Source of the DNA: Octopus sinensis
Lineage: Eukaryota
NCBI RefSeq assembly: GCF_006345805.1
Contig: NC_043005.1
Coordinates: forward strand, 38,812,001 to 38,876,000
Length of the DNA stretch: 64,000 bases
Reading direction: 5' to 3'
The notes beneath the pieces are model-generated. The model did not search any database. It was not told the DNA's origin and saw only the letters and a list, made by a program, of their open reading frames with translations. The translations under genes and the position numbers were made by a program. Below, piece after piece: positions 13,812 through 27,070 of the stretch. Numbering within the stretch: position 1 is the first letter of the stretch; the number at the start of each line of letters is the position of its first letter.

Positions 13812-14799
13812 GTTATATATAAACACACACATTGACACATATATACATACATACATAAATACCTAAAAACATACTTATATATAAATTTGCATTGATTAAT
13901 CTAGAAGCGGTAAATTACAGAACCCAATAGGTAACTGTGCAGTATTCTTAAATACTTTATAGCTGAAAAGATCATAATTTCCCGTGCATTGAATTGCACA
14001 CTTTCCGAACTTTCAACTTGTAGTATTCGGAGTCTGTTTTCCCTTGAATTATCTTTTATTCGAATGAAATCTGAAATACTACACATATGTTATTTAGAAA
14101 ATGCATATCTATAAGGTTTCAAAAAAGTAATCGCGGTTTCTTCAGTTTACTCATTTTAGCCTGATTTTCTGAAGAATTAACTCAAAAACCTCAAAATCTT
14201 GATCTCTCGTTTACCATAAATAACACCTTGTTCTCATTTCGATGTTGTGATGCATGCATACATACATACATACATACATACATACATACATACATACATA
14301 CATACATACATACATACATACATACATACATACATACGTGCTTTACACTCAGTCTAAATAAGCTTAAAGTTTGAGAAAAAGAAATCAACCAGCTGACGCG
14401 CACACTGGAAATACAATCCGTACGTGAAGTAGTAACACTAAGCAAGACTTTTCTCAAATTTAAAATGTGACATTGTTTTCGTTATCTACATTTCAACGAT
14501 AGAACGTGGTACATTTGTTAGAAACCAGCGCCTTCTTCAGAAGAAGAATTTAATTAAAAACAGAAAATAACATATATATACACACGCACACACATATACT
14601 ACTGCATTTATTTTTTCCTTGGCTCTAGAAGTATTATGTACCATTGAGTAAGTATGGTAGCTTATTTAACAGAGATACAGCTAAACTTGCTTATTTAACT
14701 ACTAGAAGTTTAGCTGAAATTATAGCAGCGCACAATGCTTGTAAGTTAAGCTTTTGTTGAAATGGATTTAGCCAATCCACTTAAAATATAGTTATGGAA

Positions 14800-14802
14800 A
14801 TA

Positions 14803-14882
<80 letters not shown>

Positions 14883-14980
14883 GGCGTTGATGGATGTGGT
14901 GGCGGTGATGATGGTGGTGGTGGTGATGGTGATGTTGTTGGCGGTGGTGGTTGTAATAGTAGTAGTAATAGTATTAAAAA
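14800..14980. repeat. (GTA)n / (GTG)n trinucleotide repeat
   Basis: Direct reading. Confidence 0.95.
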
Positions 14981-14989
14981 AGTAATGTT

Positions 14990-15480
14990 AATTCTTTTGC
15001 TGTTACTTCTGATTATTATCGCCAGGGAGTTTTGCCGCTTCGAGACAAGCTCTACAAATATGGAAATGCTGCTAGACGGACCAGTACGAGAAGTGCACAG
15101 AGCAATGAAATTGTCCCGCATGCACTCGTGCAGTGTCCGTGCTTTACTGACTTGTGGTGCTTCGTCGATCAGCTGTTGTCGTGTGTAGGATGGATCCAAA
15201 TATCAGCTGAGTTATTGTCCATTGTGAAAATCGACCCACCACCTGCCTTTGGCCTGGAATGAAAGGCAGTTTTCCTCTTTCTGGTGGCTATGGTGAAGAG
15301 GGTAGTGTGCTGGACGAGATTGGAAGGACTGAAGACAGATACTTTCCTCTTCTACCAAACTCTCATCGACTTTTACAAGTTCCACTTAAAAAGGAAAGTG
15401 AGGGTAGAGAGGGAAGCTCTGTTTCTCAGTACTTTTGTTGAAATGTGGTTGAATGGGCGAGGATAGCTCGTGTGAATGTG
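14990..15480 (+). mobile_element. Tx1/L1-clade LINE 3' ORF2 fragment (Cys-rich C-terminus)
   Basis: PLRDKLYKYG...RSAQSNEIVPHALVQCP...IVKIDPPPAFG...WTRLEGLKTDTFL is homologous to the minus-strand copy at 40400-40900. Confidence 0.8.
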
Positions 15481-15709
15481 GCTACTCTGAACATTAACCT
15501 GTAGGCTAGAACCGTTGAAGAGAAGTGAGGTGCCCGCACTTTAATTAGCCTATGCAACTCAATTGATAGGTTCTGATAGTTGTTATTTTCTCAGTAGCTC
15601 TCTTATTGATCTTTACATCACTTGGGTCTGTAATGTCAATTACCTGACACTTTTGATTCTCTTTGTCTACTACTACTAAATCAGGCTTTCTAGCTTTTAT
15701 TACTCTGTC

Positions 15710-16577
15710 GGAGATTTCAGCCTTGAAGATGAAGATCGAACAGGACGTCCAGTTGAGTTTGATGATAAGCTCCTTGAGGCATTACGTGAAGAAAATCGTG
15801 CATTATCAGTGGAAGAATTAGCAATAAAGCTTGGTTCAAACCATACAACTGTTCATCGTCATCTTTAATAACTTGGAAAGTTTCTTAAACTTAGAAAATG
15901 GGTGCCTCATGAATTGTCCGAAAGCAACCGCAAATCCCGATTTGACATCTGCTCTTCTCTCCATTCTGGTGAACTCATTTCACACTTTTTGGATAGACTT
16001 GTGGCTGGTGACGAAATGTTAAACGTCGTAAACAGTGGTTTGGTGAAAGGGAAAAAACTCAACCGCAACCGAGAAGGAAACTTCATGGAAAAAAGATTCT
16101 TCTCTCTATCTGGTGGGATTACAAAGGAGTAATTCACCTAATGCAACAATCAATGCTCAGGTCTACTGTCAGCAATTAGAGCCTTTAAACCAAGCTTTGA
16201 AGAAGAAAAAACCGCTCTAGTGAATCGAAAAGGAATAATGTTTCATCAGGACAATTGGCAACCCCACACTGCAAAGATCACATCAGAGAAGATCGAAGAG
16301 CTTGGTTGGGTAAAAATTCCTCATCCATCGTAGTTTAGAGAATCACTTGGGGGGCATAACTTTCGCAAGCCAGGAGGTTGAAATTGACATTTTAGACTTC
16401 TTCGCTTTGAAATCAAAAGAGTTTTATATTGATGGGATTAAACAGCTTGTAAATAGATGGAAGGAAATCATAGATAATCAAGGACAGTACATTGATGATA
16501 AAATTTCAATTAAATATAACATTTGATCACTTTTTTCCTTTATTCAAAATTCGGACAGAACTGATGGGATGACCTGA
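15710..16577 (+). mobile_element. 5'-truncated mariner, same family as 7203-8474
   Basis: Near-identical ggagatttcagccttgaagatgaagatcgaacaggacg..., WVPHEL, FHQDN, 3' TIR aaaattcggacagaactgatgggatgacctga followed by TA. Confidence 0.95.
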
Positions 16578-17774
16578 TATATCTAATTCAGTAATTCAGA
16601 CATAATCTCTGTCATTTTTCCTACCTCAGTTCTCTACACCTTTCATTTGTACATATTGTTTTACACACTGATTTTTATACAGACATTCTCCTACAGTCTC
16701 GATGAGGTTTCCATGCGATTTTTTGAATACTTATATATCCTTGCATACTAGTATACGTGTGCGTTGCATCTGCTATATCTCTCAGTTTTCTCGTTTATAT
16801 ATTAATATTTACTTATTTCCTGTACCAATTGCTTTGTTTCTCTTCCTATCACTTCCTTCCTCCTCCTCTCTCTCTCCCTCTCTCTCCCTCTCTTTACGCC
16901 ACTCTCTTTCACTCTGCATTGCATTCATAACCAGATGCCTGCAGCGGGGGATAACCTCGCAAATTACATACCCCAGCATATATAAAATTACAAGCGGAAG
17001 TGACAGACAAGTTACGAGCGCTAAAGCTTCCGGCGTCTTGCAAACGATAATTTATGGTCACTACTTGTCTTAACATTACCTTTTGCACTACTGAAATATT
17101 TTTCAGTGCAGTTTATTCGCTACAATGGTATCTATTCTGAATCCTTACAGTGCGTATATTGAATCACAATTTATTCTTATATGTATTAGATGGCACGCAA
17201 ATGTGTTATATGCATCATTTCACACACTGTTCTATGCATTGAATTAGTATTAATATAATGTGATGTACACGCGCACGCACACACACAAGATCACAGGTTT
17301 TTTTTGCAAACTAAAGTTGAAGTTAAATTGTATAAAATGATTTATAGATTGGCTTATAACACAACCTACACACGCATGTAAATACACACATGTATCTTTC
17401 CATATGTGTGTCTGTATGTTTGTGAGTATGTGTACGACAGAGAGAGTGTAATGTATATTATGAGCGATACTAACAACGGACCGTAAGAACTAAGTATGTA
17501 TATGCTTTTGAGTAAAGCGTTAGGCGAGTAAAAAGTGTAATATCCAATCAACGAATGACAAGAAAATATAATTTTCGTAAGCTTTATATTTCCTTCCGGT
17601 TGTTTGTGCTATTAAAACATTGTACTCAAAGCTGAGTGATCATACATCATCGTATACTTTCCTCAGAGCTACCGGATGTAGCCCAAACACTTAGCTCTGT
17701 GTACTGTTTTTGGTAGCAGAAATAACTGTAAGTTAACATTGGTGATTACATTTTTTGTTGTTTTGTCACTCATT

Positions 17775-17841
<67 letters not shown>

Positions 17842-17928
17842 TATACATACACATATATACTTGTATGTGAGTGTATGTGTCCGTATATATATGATATGAT
17901 ATATATGTATATGTGTGTGTGTGTGTGC

Positions 17929-17959
<31 letters not shown>

Positions 17960-18590
17960 CTGTGAATATACGCTACGACCTGGGATAACCACTACAACGA
18001 CAAGAGCCGCAGCGATATCGTCAGTCCAAGGCCTTGTAATAACACCACCAATAGCAGTTCCAGTAACACCAGCAGCAACAACATCTCCAAGCCCGGAGCA
18101 AACCGAAGATGCACCAGAAAAGTGAACTCAACCAACAATTAAGCCTGAAAATATGTCGGGTCAGCTGGGATTACCTTCAAGACTAACCTATAATTATTAG
18201 ACCAATAGCACAGTGGATTTTGAAAAAAATATAACATATAAAGATGGGACACGTGCTATTGGTCTCGTAATTATAGGTTAGTCTTGGATGGCTCGGTTAC
18301 TGATGAGAATTTGCCCAGTAAATTATTTTTTTACTAAGAGAAATTCGAAACCTATAGGTATAACTGTAAAAACAAGGTAAAAGTTTTTATTTTTCATTCC
18401 CTTTGAAATTGCTTAAATTATGTGTTTTTCGGTCGTTTTGACTGTCTCCTATCGTGTAGAAATTGCCTGTTATATGTATAATTTCTCTTTGTGTTTAAAT
18501 GTACACTATTTTATATTGAATAATATGTCGTCTATTGACTTTTTGTACATGCTACGCCACTGGTAGTGAAATTTGTAAAAAATTTGTTAC
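17960..18590 (+). mobile_element. Non-autonomous hammerhead-bearing module between (TA)n tracts (PLE/retrozyme-like)
   Basis: Contains a 34-bp hairpin (18178-18286) and an intact hammerhead (18294-18366); no RT ORF; boundaries inferred from flanking microsatellites. Confidence 0.5.
18294..18366 (+). ncRNA. Type I hammerhead ribozyme
   Basis: Stem I cggtta/taactg; core CTGATGA 18300-18306; stem II gaattt/aaattc; GAAA 18347-18350; stem III is the palindrome ACCTATAGGT; predicted cleavage GUA after 18360. Confidence 0.9.
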
Positions 18591-18592
18591 CC

Positions 18593-18646
<54 letters not shown>

Positions 18647-20086
18647 GCATGTATGCATGTATGTATGTATAAACAGAGATAGGCGGAGATGAAATGAGGT
18701 AGATGGAGAGACAGGGAGGCAGACAGACAGACAGACATATAGATAAGATAGCGGACAGACCGTGTATTTACGTGTATTAGAGAAGAGATGCGGAATGTCT
18801 CGCTGAAATTGGAGACCTATCACAATATACTAGAAGAGAAAGAGATGTTGTAAATTGAATACGAGAAATTCAGGGTACAATACTGGGAAACAATTGGTAA
18901 TAAATGGAGACAGTCATATGTACAGCGAGAAACAATTACAAACGAATAATGACGGCTTGAAAATAATGAAAGATGGTAAAAAGAATGGTGATAAAAGCCT
19001 GATGGGGTTTGGCAAAAATATGAAGAAAAGTCATAATTAGTGAAGATGGTAAAAAGTGAATAAATATGATAAAGTAACGGATACTGAGATGCAGTAGAAA
19101 GTAGGAGAAACGGATAAAACAATTTGGAAGCGATGATAAAAAATATAATGAATAAAATATTGGATGAAAATAGAGAAATATGATAAGAAATTAAGGTAAA
19201 CGAAATTAATATTATAGAGGAGGGAGATGGAAAGAGAAAGATGGAGGAATATTGAAAGAAGTAAACTTGATGCTAATAGGAATAAGAAGAGGAAAAAATA
19301 AATGACAAGATCTTGATTTTTGTACTTGATGAAATATTACAGGCAACTTGCCAACCTTCTGATAATATATACAAACACTAATATCTTCGTTCATACACGC
19401 ATAGATACAAACTCACACACACACATGTACATATATATATAGTCATGCATGTATAAACACACGCACACACATACACACACATATATATATACAAATTTGT
19501 ATATATACACACACATATTACATACAAATAGATGGATAGATAAATAGATATATATATAAAGAGATAGATAGAGAGAACGACGGACAGACAGACAGATAAT
19601 GTATGTATCTATGTATATAAGTATGTATATGTACGTATGTATATATTAATATATATGTATATACATACAAAACTATTTGCGTGTGCACGCGTGTGCATGG
19701 ACTGTCATTTGTGGCGACTCAATCAAGAGATAGCTAAAAATCTAAACCAGTGGAGTATTGGTGAAGCTGGATGTATTTTGGGGAAATCGGTGGTGATAGA
19801 TTATTCATACGGATCTAAGCAAGATCTTTCCCTAGAAATTCTAGTAAAACTCACTAAATAATGAAGAAAATCTTTCCGTGGAGGCTGAGGTTTTTATTTC
19901 TTTTATGCCTATCAGATTGCCGAAAACTTATGGCCTTTCAATTCAATTGAAAGACGAATTAAACTTGGAGTTGGTAAGAATAAAATAAACATGAATTACA
20001 TAGATTTTTTTATATTAATTTCCATACCGTATAAACATATCATCTGAGTGGTTGTTCGGCAAGGAATTGCCGAATCCTCATACGAC

Positions 20087-20167
<81 letters not shown>

Positions 20168-20169
20168 TA

Positions 20170-20720
20170 TAGGAGGTTATGAGAGGTTATGGTGTCAGTG
20201 AGACCCAAAGGTGTCAGGTAATGCTGAATAAGGTCTATAGATAGACCAAGGTTAAGTTCTAGATTCGGTGATTATGAGAATAAGGGATCCAACTTAGGTC
20301 ATATATCAGCGTGTGTATATAATTTTTGTTTTCTGTAATGAGATAAAAAGCCAAGGCTGTGTAGATTTTAGAACATTTATAAATAAAAGGTCTTACACCT
20401 GTTTCTAGGATATTTATTATATCCCTTCATGGGAGACGGTGTGAGAAGATGGTTAAGCAATAGTTAATTTAGATAAGATACGAAATAGAGAGTGGGGTGG
20501 AGAAATTAAAATAGTTGTGAGATATGCAGGGATATTGTATTTGTAGATCCATTATTTAGGAAGAATGGTATACATGTAAGATTCCAATAACTTATGAGTA
20601 AAATCCAAAAGTATTTAAAAATGGTCATTCCAAGTATAGAGTTTATACACAGTGTTATTGAATCAAGGGCTTTTTTTAAAGTGACCTAAAAGTAGGGAAT
20701 GTATTAGTAAAGTCAAATCG
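20170..20720 (-). mobile_element. Possible decayed Penelope-like RT fragment
   Basis: Weak colinear motifs GSTNTISLHISQL (~GSPTYxISKYL), SSHTVSHEGI (~SLYTNIPHEEGI), LAFYLITENKNY (~LxxILxNNxF); many stops. Confidence 0.3.
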
Positions 20721-21057
20721 AAAACAGGAAGAGAGGAATAAAGAAAGAGAAAAAAGAGATAAAAGAGAAAAGAAAGAGAAGAAAATAATAATAACAATAA
20801 TAAAATAAATAAAAAAGTAAAAAAGAGGAAAAACAAGAAGAGAGGAATAAAGAAAAGAAAGAAAAAAGAAAAAGGAAAAACAATGAAGAGATAGTAAGGG
20901 AAGATGTACTAGTTAGTGGTCAGTCGAGATAGTTTGAAAGTAGTAATGGGGAGATTAAGGCGATAGAGAGAGAAAGAGAGGAATTAGAGTGTAAAAAGAT
21001 AGAAGGAATGGGGGGTGATAGAGAGAGGGGTATAAAAAGTAAAGGAGTGTCAATTGT

Positions 21058-21290
21058 GGAGGAGCTGGCAGAAACGTTAGCACGCCGGGCGAAATGCGTA
21101 GCCGTATTTCGTCTGCCGTTACGTTCTGAGTTCAAATTCCGCCGGGGTCGACTTTGCCTTTCATCCTTTCGGGGTTGATAAATTAAGTACCAGCTACGCA
21201 CTGGGGGTCGATATAATCGACTTAATCCGCCTGTCTGTCCTTGTTTGCCTCCTCTGTGTTTAGCCCTTTGTGGGCAATAAAGAAATAGGT
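21058..21290 (+). mobile_element. SINE family B (gagctggcagaa...gttctgagttcaaattccgcc...aaagaaataggt)
   Basis: Homologous to copies at 39310-39528 (reverse) and 45717-46170. Confidence 0.85.
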
Positions 21291-21879
21291 AGAGTCTAAG
21301 TGATGGGGCAGAAAGACGGGTAATAGTATGGAATGAAGAATTTAGGAATTTGGGTGATTGGACAGGTCAATGCTTAGTAGTAGAAGATGTATATGGGAAG
21401 ATGTATACACATGTATATATTAGACATGTATACATCTTCACATATACATATATATTTATACAGATGTTTATACATATAAATATCTGCATATACAACTCTT
21501 ACTCGTATGCATATGCACACATGCGCACCCATATATACGTGTACCTGCATGTATTATCGCTCCTGTACACGCAGAGCTAGAGAGGCCTTCCAAGTTACCT
21601 TCCTGTTGGAAATTGGCCAAAGAGAAGTTACTTTTAAATTCTGATATTACTCATACGTGAGAGTTGACTTGACCATCTAAGCTGTATTTGATGAGGATGG
21701 CTTCAATACTTGATACGTGACATTTTGTAAGTACCTCGCTCTTATGAAATATGGTTACTCGGTATTATTTTGGAGATAGTACGCAAGCGTCGCATATGAA
21801 AAGCGTCAGACTGATTGATGTGCTTTGGGTACAAAGTCCAATATTCAGCACCATAAAGCAATATGGTCAAGACCACCGA

Positions 21880-22545
21880 CTTATATACATTAACATTCAA
21901 CTACAGCGATACGTCGTGACTGTTCCATTGCCTGCGATAAAGCTTACGAAAGCGAAGCTAACCTTCCCGATTCTGGACTCTTTATTCATCTTTGCATCCT
22001 TGAACACAATGGAACGACGATAAGTGAAGGAGGAAACAGTTTTTAACGCGTTCCCATCAACATATACAGTAGGGGAAACAGCGAGAAGATGGTCACCAAT
22101 GGGCTGATGGACAAGCTCAGTATTCTTGATGTTGATAATCACACCAACAGTCTTCTATACACGCGAGAAATTGCTTAGAATCCACAGCATGTCCTCATGT
22201 GTGAGTGCTACAAGTGCACAATCGTATGCAAAGAACAAACCTCGAAATGTTTGTACCAAAGTCTTAGTTTTTGCATTGAAGCTCTGTTGCTTGAACAAGG
22301 CATCATAATTTCTGTACTCAAACTTTACTCCTTCTTTAACATCCTCGAACGCTGTTTGCAATATGACGGAGAAATATAAGGAAATAAGAGTGGTGCAAGA
22401 ACACAACCTTGTTTCGTCCCATTTTAGAGTGTCCTGCAAAATCACATGGAAAAAAACCTGTCGTAACTGTTGAGGAGCGTGCAGAAAAGCTTGGATTTGG
22501 TCATTAAAACAGTCATTCAAGTCGACACTAGAAGTAAAACGACTA
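21880..22545 (-). mobile_element. RTE-clade (BovB-like) LINE RT fragment
   Basis: ...AKTKTLVQTFRGLFFAYDCALVALTHED...INIKNTELVHQP...TVYVDGNALKTVSSFTY matches RTE LLFADDCAL...ISLKKTEVLYQP...VxxFTYLGS. Confidence 0.85.
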
Positions 22546-22548
22546 TCA

Positions 22549-22938
22549 TTGGTTTCAAGACGAAAGGTGTTCTTCCATCAGGATAATGCTCCGTCACATA
22601 TAGCGAGGATGACATTCCAAAGGATGGAGAATTTTAAATGGGAAACGATACCCCACCCACCATATTCGCAGGACATTGCTACATCTGATTATAATTTATT
22701 CTGCAATCTTCAAGATCATTTGGACGAAAAAAAAATGAATTCTGTAGACGAGGTCAGAACAGTACTGCAGAAGTATTTTTCGTCACGGACAAGTGAACTC
22801 TGAAAAAGGGACCTTGGAAGTCTATCAGAGCATTGTATAAAATGAAGGAGAGTATATTTTAGATTTAAAAAGTACTATGTTTATCTTGATTTTGAAAAAT
22901 AAAAGTATAAAAAACGCATTATTCATAGGGCGACCCAA
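22549..22938 (+). mobile_element. Mariner 3' fragment (third family)
   Basis: FHQDNAPSH...HPPYSQDIATSDYNLF, then TIR-like ttattcatagggcgacccaa and TA. Confidence 0.9.
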
Positions 22939-23307
22939 TATATATATATATATATTATATATATATATATATATACACACACATATCTGCTCGTATATGG
23001 TAATAATATGCAATAACTTTCGTTTATACATAGTTAGTCGCGCTGTAATACAACAACCTATGATGAAAACACTGGCTGTTCGTCAGCTTGATGAGATCAA
23101 CAAACCGAGAAGTTTCGTCTTTCATTAAACTCATCAGGGATTCCTTGTCACACCTTACAATTTGCCAGACTATAAAGAATTAAATTTCCTAGAGTAAATG
23201 AAAACGAAATATACATACATACATACACACATACATGCATCCATGCATCCATCCATCCATACATCCATACATACATGCATGCAAAATATATAGCTATATA
23301 TATATAG

Positions 23308-23374
<67 letters not shown>

Positions 23375-23525
23375 GATAGATAGATAGATACCTCGTACAC
23401 ATACACATATATGTAGTAATGCAATGTATATAATATAATATATGTCTATATTTATATATAGAATACATACACACATTCATATGTATATATGCATATATTC
23501 ATTTATGCACATACATACTGAGAGA

Positions 23526-23559
<34 letters not shown>

Positions 23560-25404
23560 AAGAAAGAAAGAAAGAAAATGATATGGCTATGTTGCGTGTA
23601 ACGATCGTCTGTAACATCAGCCATGGGCACTCGCAGACGACAGCTACAACAATAAAACGACTGAGCGTTGACTAAAGACGATATCAACACCCGTTGACCT
23701 CTGTTCTGATTTCTATATTGACCCGACAGATATATTGTTGGCACGCCAGCAAATCTTGCCAACTTAGAACTATCTCCTGGATCGATTAATTTTAAACATT
23801 TAATGCTAACACCAAATTAAAGCTTTGTGTCCTGGACCAGTCTGTTGCTACGGAGTGAATTCACTAGCACGCATGACTATGCAAATCGCCAATTATGAAT
23901 GTTTATGCGTGTTTGCACTCACTTACAAACACATATGCATATATAGTTATATACCTATGTACATATACGCACATTCACACACACACACAAACACAGACAC
24001 GAAGATACACATGAATATATACTTTTGCTAACCTTCGTGTAACTGTCCGACGAAGGCTAGCAAATCGAAACTTCGAAGTCTCTATTAGCGCTTCAGTAAA
24101 AGCATTGTAAATAGTACTCTACAAAAATTACAAAATGTATGAAGTATATCTCCAGTTTAATATCAAATTATATTTAGTATAACATGAGATAAATGCCAAC
24201 GTTAATATACAGCTGAGTCAATTTGTTATTATGTGTGTGTGTGTGTGCGTGCGTGCGTGTGTGTGTGTGTGTGTTTATGCGTGTGTATGTATGCGTAAGT
24301 GTGTGTGTGTGTGTATTTTCTTACATTTAGACAGGCCCGCGATATATTTCTGCCCACTGTAGACAGGCCTTGTCTAATTTTATAGCATTATTGAAGAAAA
24401 TTCTTGAAGGCAGCTTTATATCATATTTTGGGACATCATAGTTCGCTCATGTAGGGATTTACTGGCTGTAGAAATTAAAGCATTATCAGGGGTTAATCTG
24501 GTACCCCTTGTGGGATGACACCAAGGCGGAATTTCACGGCTATGCAATTCCTTAAAAGTCGAGAATCAGATGGTGAGGAGCTGAATATTTCATTGATTGA
24601 TTATGCATAGAAACCAATGTATAGCAATGAAATGCTTCCTCAAACCATTCGAAAGCATCGAAACTTTGATTAAGATTATGTAACAAGACTGTCTTATTTA
24701 GTCTGATTGCTATGGTATCCTGCGATAATTCCACCAGTCGATATGTAAATCGTGGCGGATTTACAGTTTGTATGTATGGAACACCCTGTGGATTTAATCC
24801 ATACACATTCCTATCTTCTTCCCTCGATATTATATTCTGCATGGCGTGCTGACTGGGGAAGTATTCGCTTCGATTTCTTCAATCCCTACTTTCTATTCCT
24901 ACGTGATTTCGTAGAAGATATTAAACGCAAAACGAATGACAAAATGATAACGGTAATTTATTCAGTTTGTAGAGATGAATAAATATATTGAATTAACATT
25001 AGAAATTATTGCACTTCGTTACGGAGTTAAATATTACACTAAGTCTAGCGAATTATACAGTTCTCACTCTTATTAAATGTGAAATGTTAATGACATGTTA
25101 CAGCTCAATGTCGCGAATTAATTAAATTTGAATGATTAAAACTCTAACTATACTGGATTATTTAGATGTTTGAAGATACCAGGCATTAACATTCATATAT
25201 TAATAAGATTTATGTTTGTGCAGATTGAAAAGCTTAATAACTATTTAACCCGTTCTTAACGACGTGGGTCACTTCGTAATATTTATTCACATATATTTAT
25301 TCTAAGGAGCATTAGTTAATCCGTTCATGGTTTTAGAGATTATCCGTAATTAAATAAAACTTAACTAAGTATTTTATACACACACACACACACACACACA
25401 CATG

Positions 25405-25436
<32 letters not shown>

Positions 25437-25449
25437 CAGACAGAGACAG

Positions 25450-25498
<49 letters not shown>

Positions 25499-25499
25499 T

Positions 25500-25550
<51 letters not shown>

Positions 25551-25583
25551 TATAGATAGATAGATGGAGGTATATATATATGT

Positions 25584-25615
<32 letters not shown>

Positions 25616-25639
25616 CTTTTTATGTATATAAAATATAAA

Positions 25640-26245
25640 ATGGGACAAGAATGCAAAACATCCAGACGGTTAGGTGATACAAAAAGGACAACAAAACATC
25701 CAGATAGACAATACGAAGAAAACAAGGACAGGTCATTCGGAGCTTTCTTTCCTCAGTCGGATTCCAGATTATCTATGTAATTTCGGGTGGTTAACCGTAA
25801 GATTGCTCCAATCTGGCCAGCCCCAAAGAAAAACTAAGGTAAGAGCCTTAGATTCCTTGGAAAAAAGCAGAGAATGTTTACGAAAACAAGGACGGAAAGA
25901 AACGGACAATGTTACACAAATACAAATAACAGGACATAACAACGGGTGTCTTTCGACTAAGGATGAATTAAATTAAGCTGGCGTGTGCGGAGTAAAGCCT
26001 TACGGCAGAGACACTAGTTTTCATAGGTACAGGGAGGAATATAGATGTTGCACGGATGGTAGTCGAACCAAGAAAGAAAGGTCAGGCTTGGCCCAACACC
26101 GGTCACGTGGGTAGAGAAGAGAGAGAGGTAGAGACAGAGAGATAGAAAAAATAAGCAAGGAAGAGAAAAAATGACAGGGACACAGAGAAGTGAAAAGAGG
26201 AGGGAAAGTGAGCATGAACAGAAGGCAAGGAAATGTGAGAGAGGG
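25640..26245. repeat. Unclassified dispersed repeat (second copy 44600-44975)
   Basis: Shared gaattaaattaagctggcgtgtg...gtaaagccttacggcag...ggaatatagatg...ccaagaaagaa...ggaaagtgagcatgaa...ggaaatgtgagagag. Confidence 0.8.
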
Positions 26246-26442
26246 GGAACATGCACATCTGTGTGCGCGGGCATTTATATATGTGGGTGGTGGGACCCTT
26301 GGCAGCTTTGATGTTACGATGGGAGGTACCGAAACGGTTACAAAGCTTCTTCACCGTCCGATGAGATATCGACACTTGCATTTCGAAGACGGATTACAGT
26401 AGCATTCTCAGTAAACAGGTGTTTACACCTAACCCTCATCGT

Positions 26443-26504
<62 letters not shown>

Positions 26505-26849
26505 TATATATATATAAGTGTGTGTTTGTGTATAGATTGTTAATGTATGGTACTTTGATAATATAAAATTATTAATAGTAAGAACTTGAATTCGCACATA
26601 TTCCAGAAATCTTAAACGAGGAAGCTATACCGATAGTTAAATACGTTTATTAGGAATTAGAAGTCAATCAGGTATACAGTCAATAATGAATGGGGTTTAT
26701 AGGAAAAATTAAATTCATTTGAACTAAATCAATGCGGTTATGTGGTGTATGCAATAAATTTATTTCCTCTTGGATTAATAATGTAGATGCAATGAAATAT
26801 ATGCAAACTATACATTTAACAATATACCCTAGTGCTTATTTTTATAGCT

Positions 26850-27070
26850 ATTAATAATCAGTTCTACTATAGGTACAGGGTGTGGAAATTTTGGGGACGA
26901 GGCTAGTCGATTACATCGACCGATTACTGGTACTTATTTCATCGACCGTGAAAAAATAAATTAAAGGAATAGCAGACCGCGGAGGAATTTGAACGCGAAG
27001 TATAAAGATATACGAAATGCCGCTAAGCATTTTACCGGGCGTACTAACGATTCTGCCAGCGCACTACCCC
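26850..27070 (-). mobile_element. SINE family B, degenerate, reverse
   Basis: ggaatttgaac...gaaatgccgctaagcatttt...ctaacgattctgccagc. Confidence 0.75.

Noticed and set aside
14478-14542. Minus-strand CTGAAGAA...GAAATGTA hammerhead-like motif; similar cases at 4790-4830, 17664-17699, 24047-24071, 27354-27385
   Set aside because: Core or stems too damaged to call individually; mentioned only as possible decayed copies.
23112-23137. Minus-strand CTGATGA-gttt...agac-GAAAC hammerhead core
   Set aside because: Stem II is plausible but no stem I partner could be found for type I or III topology.
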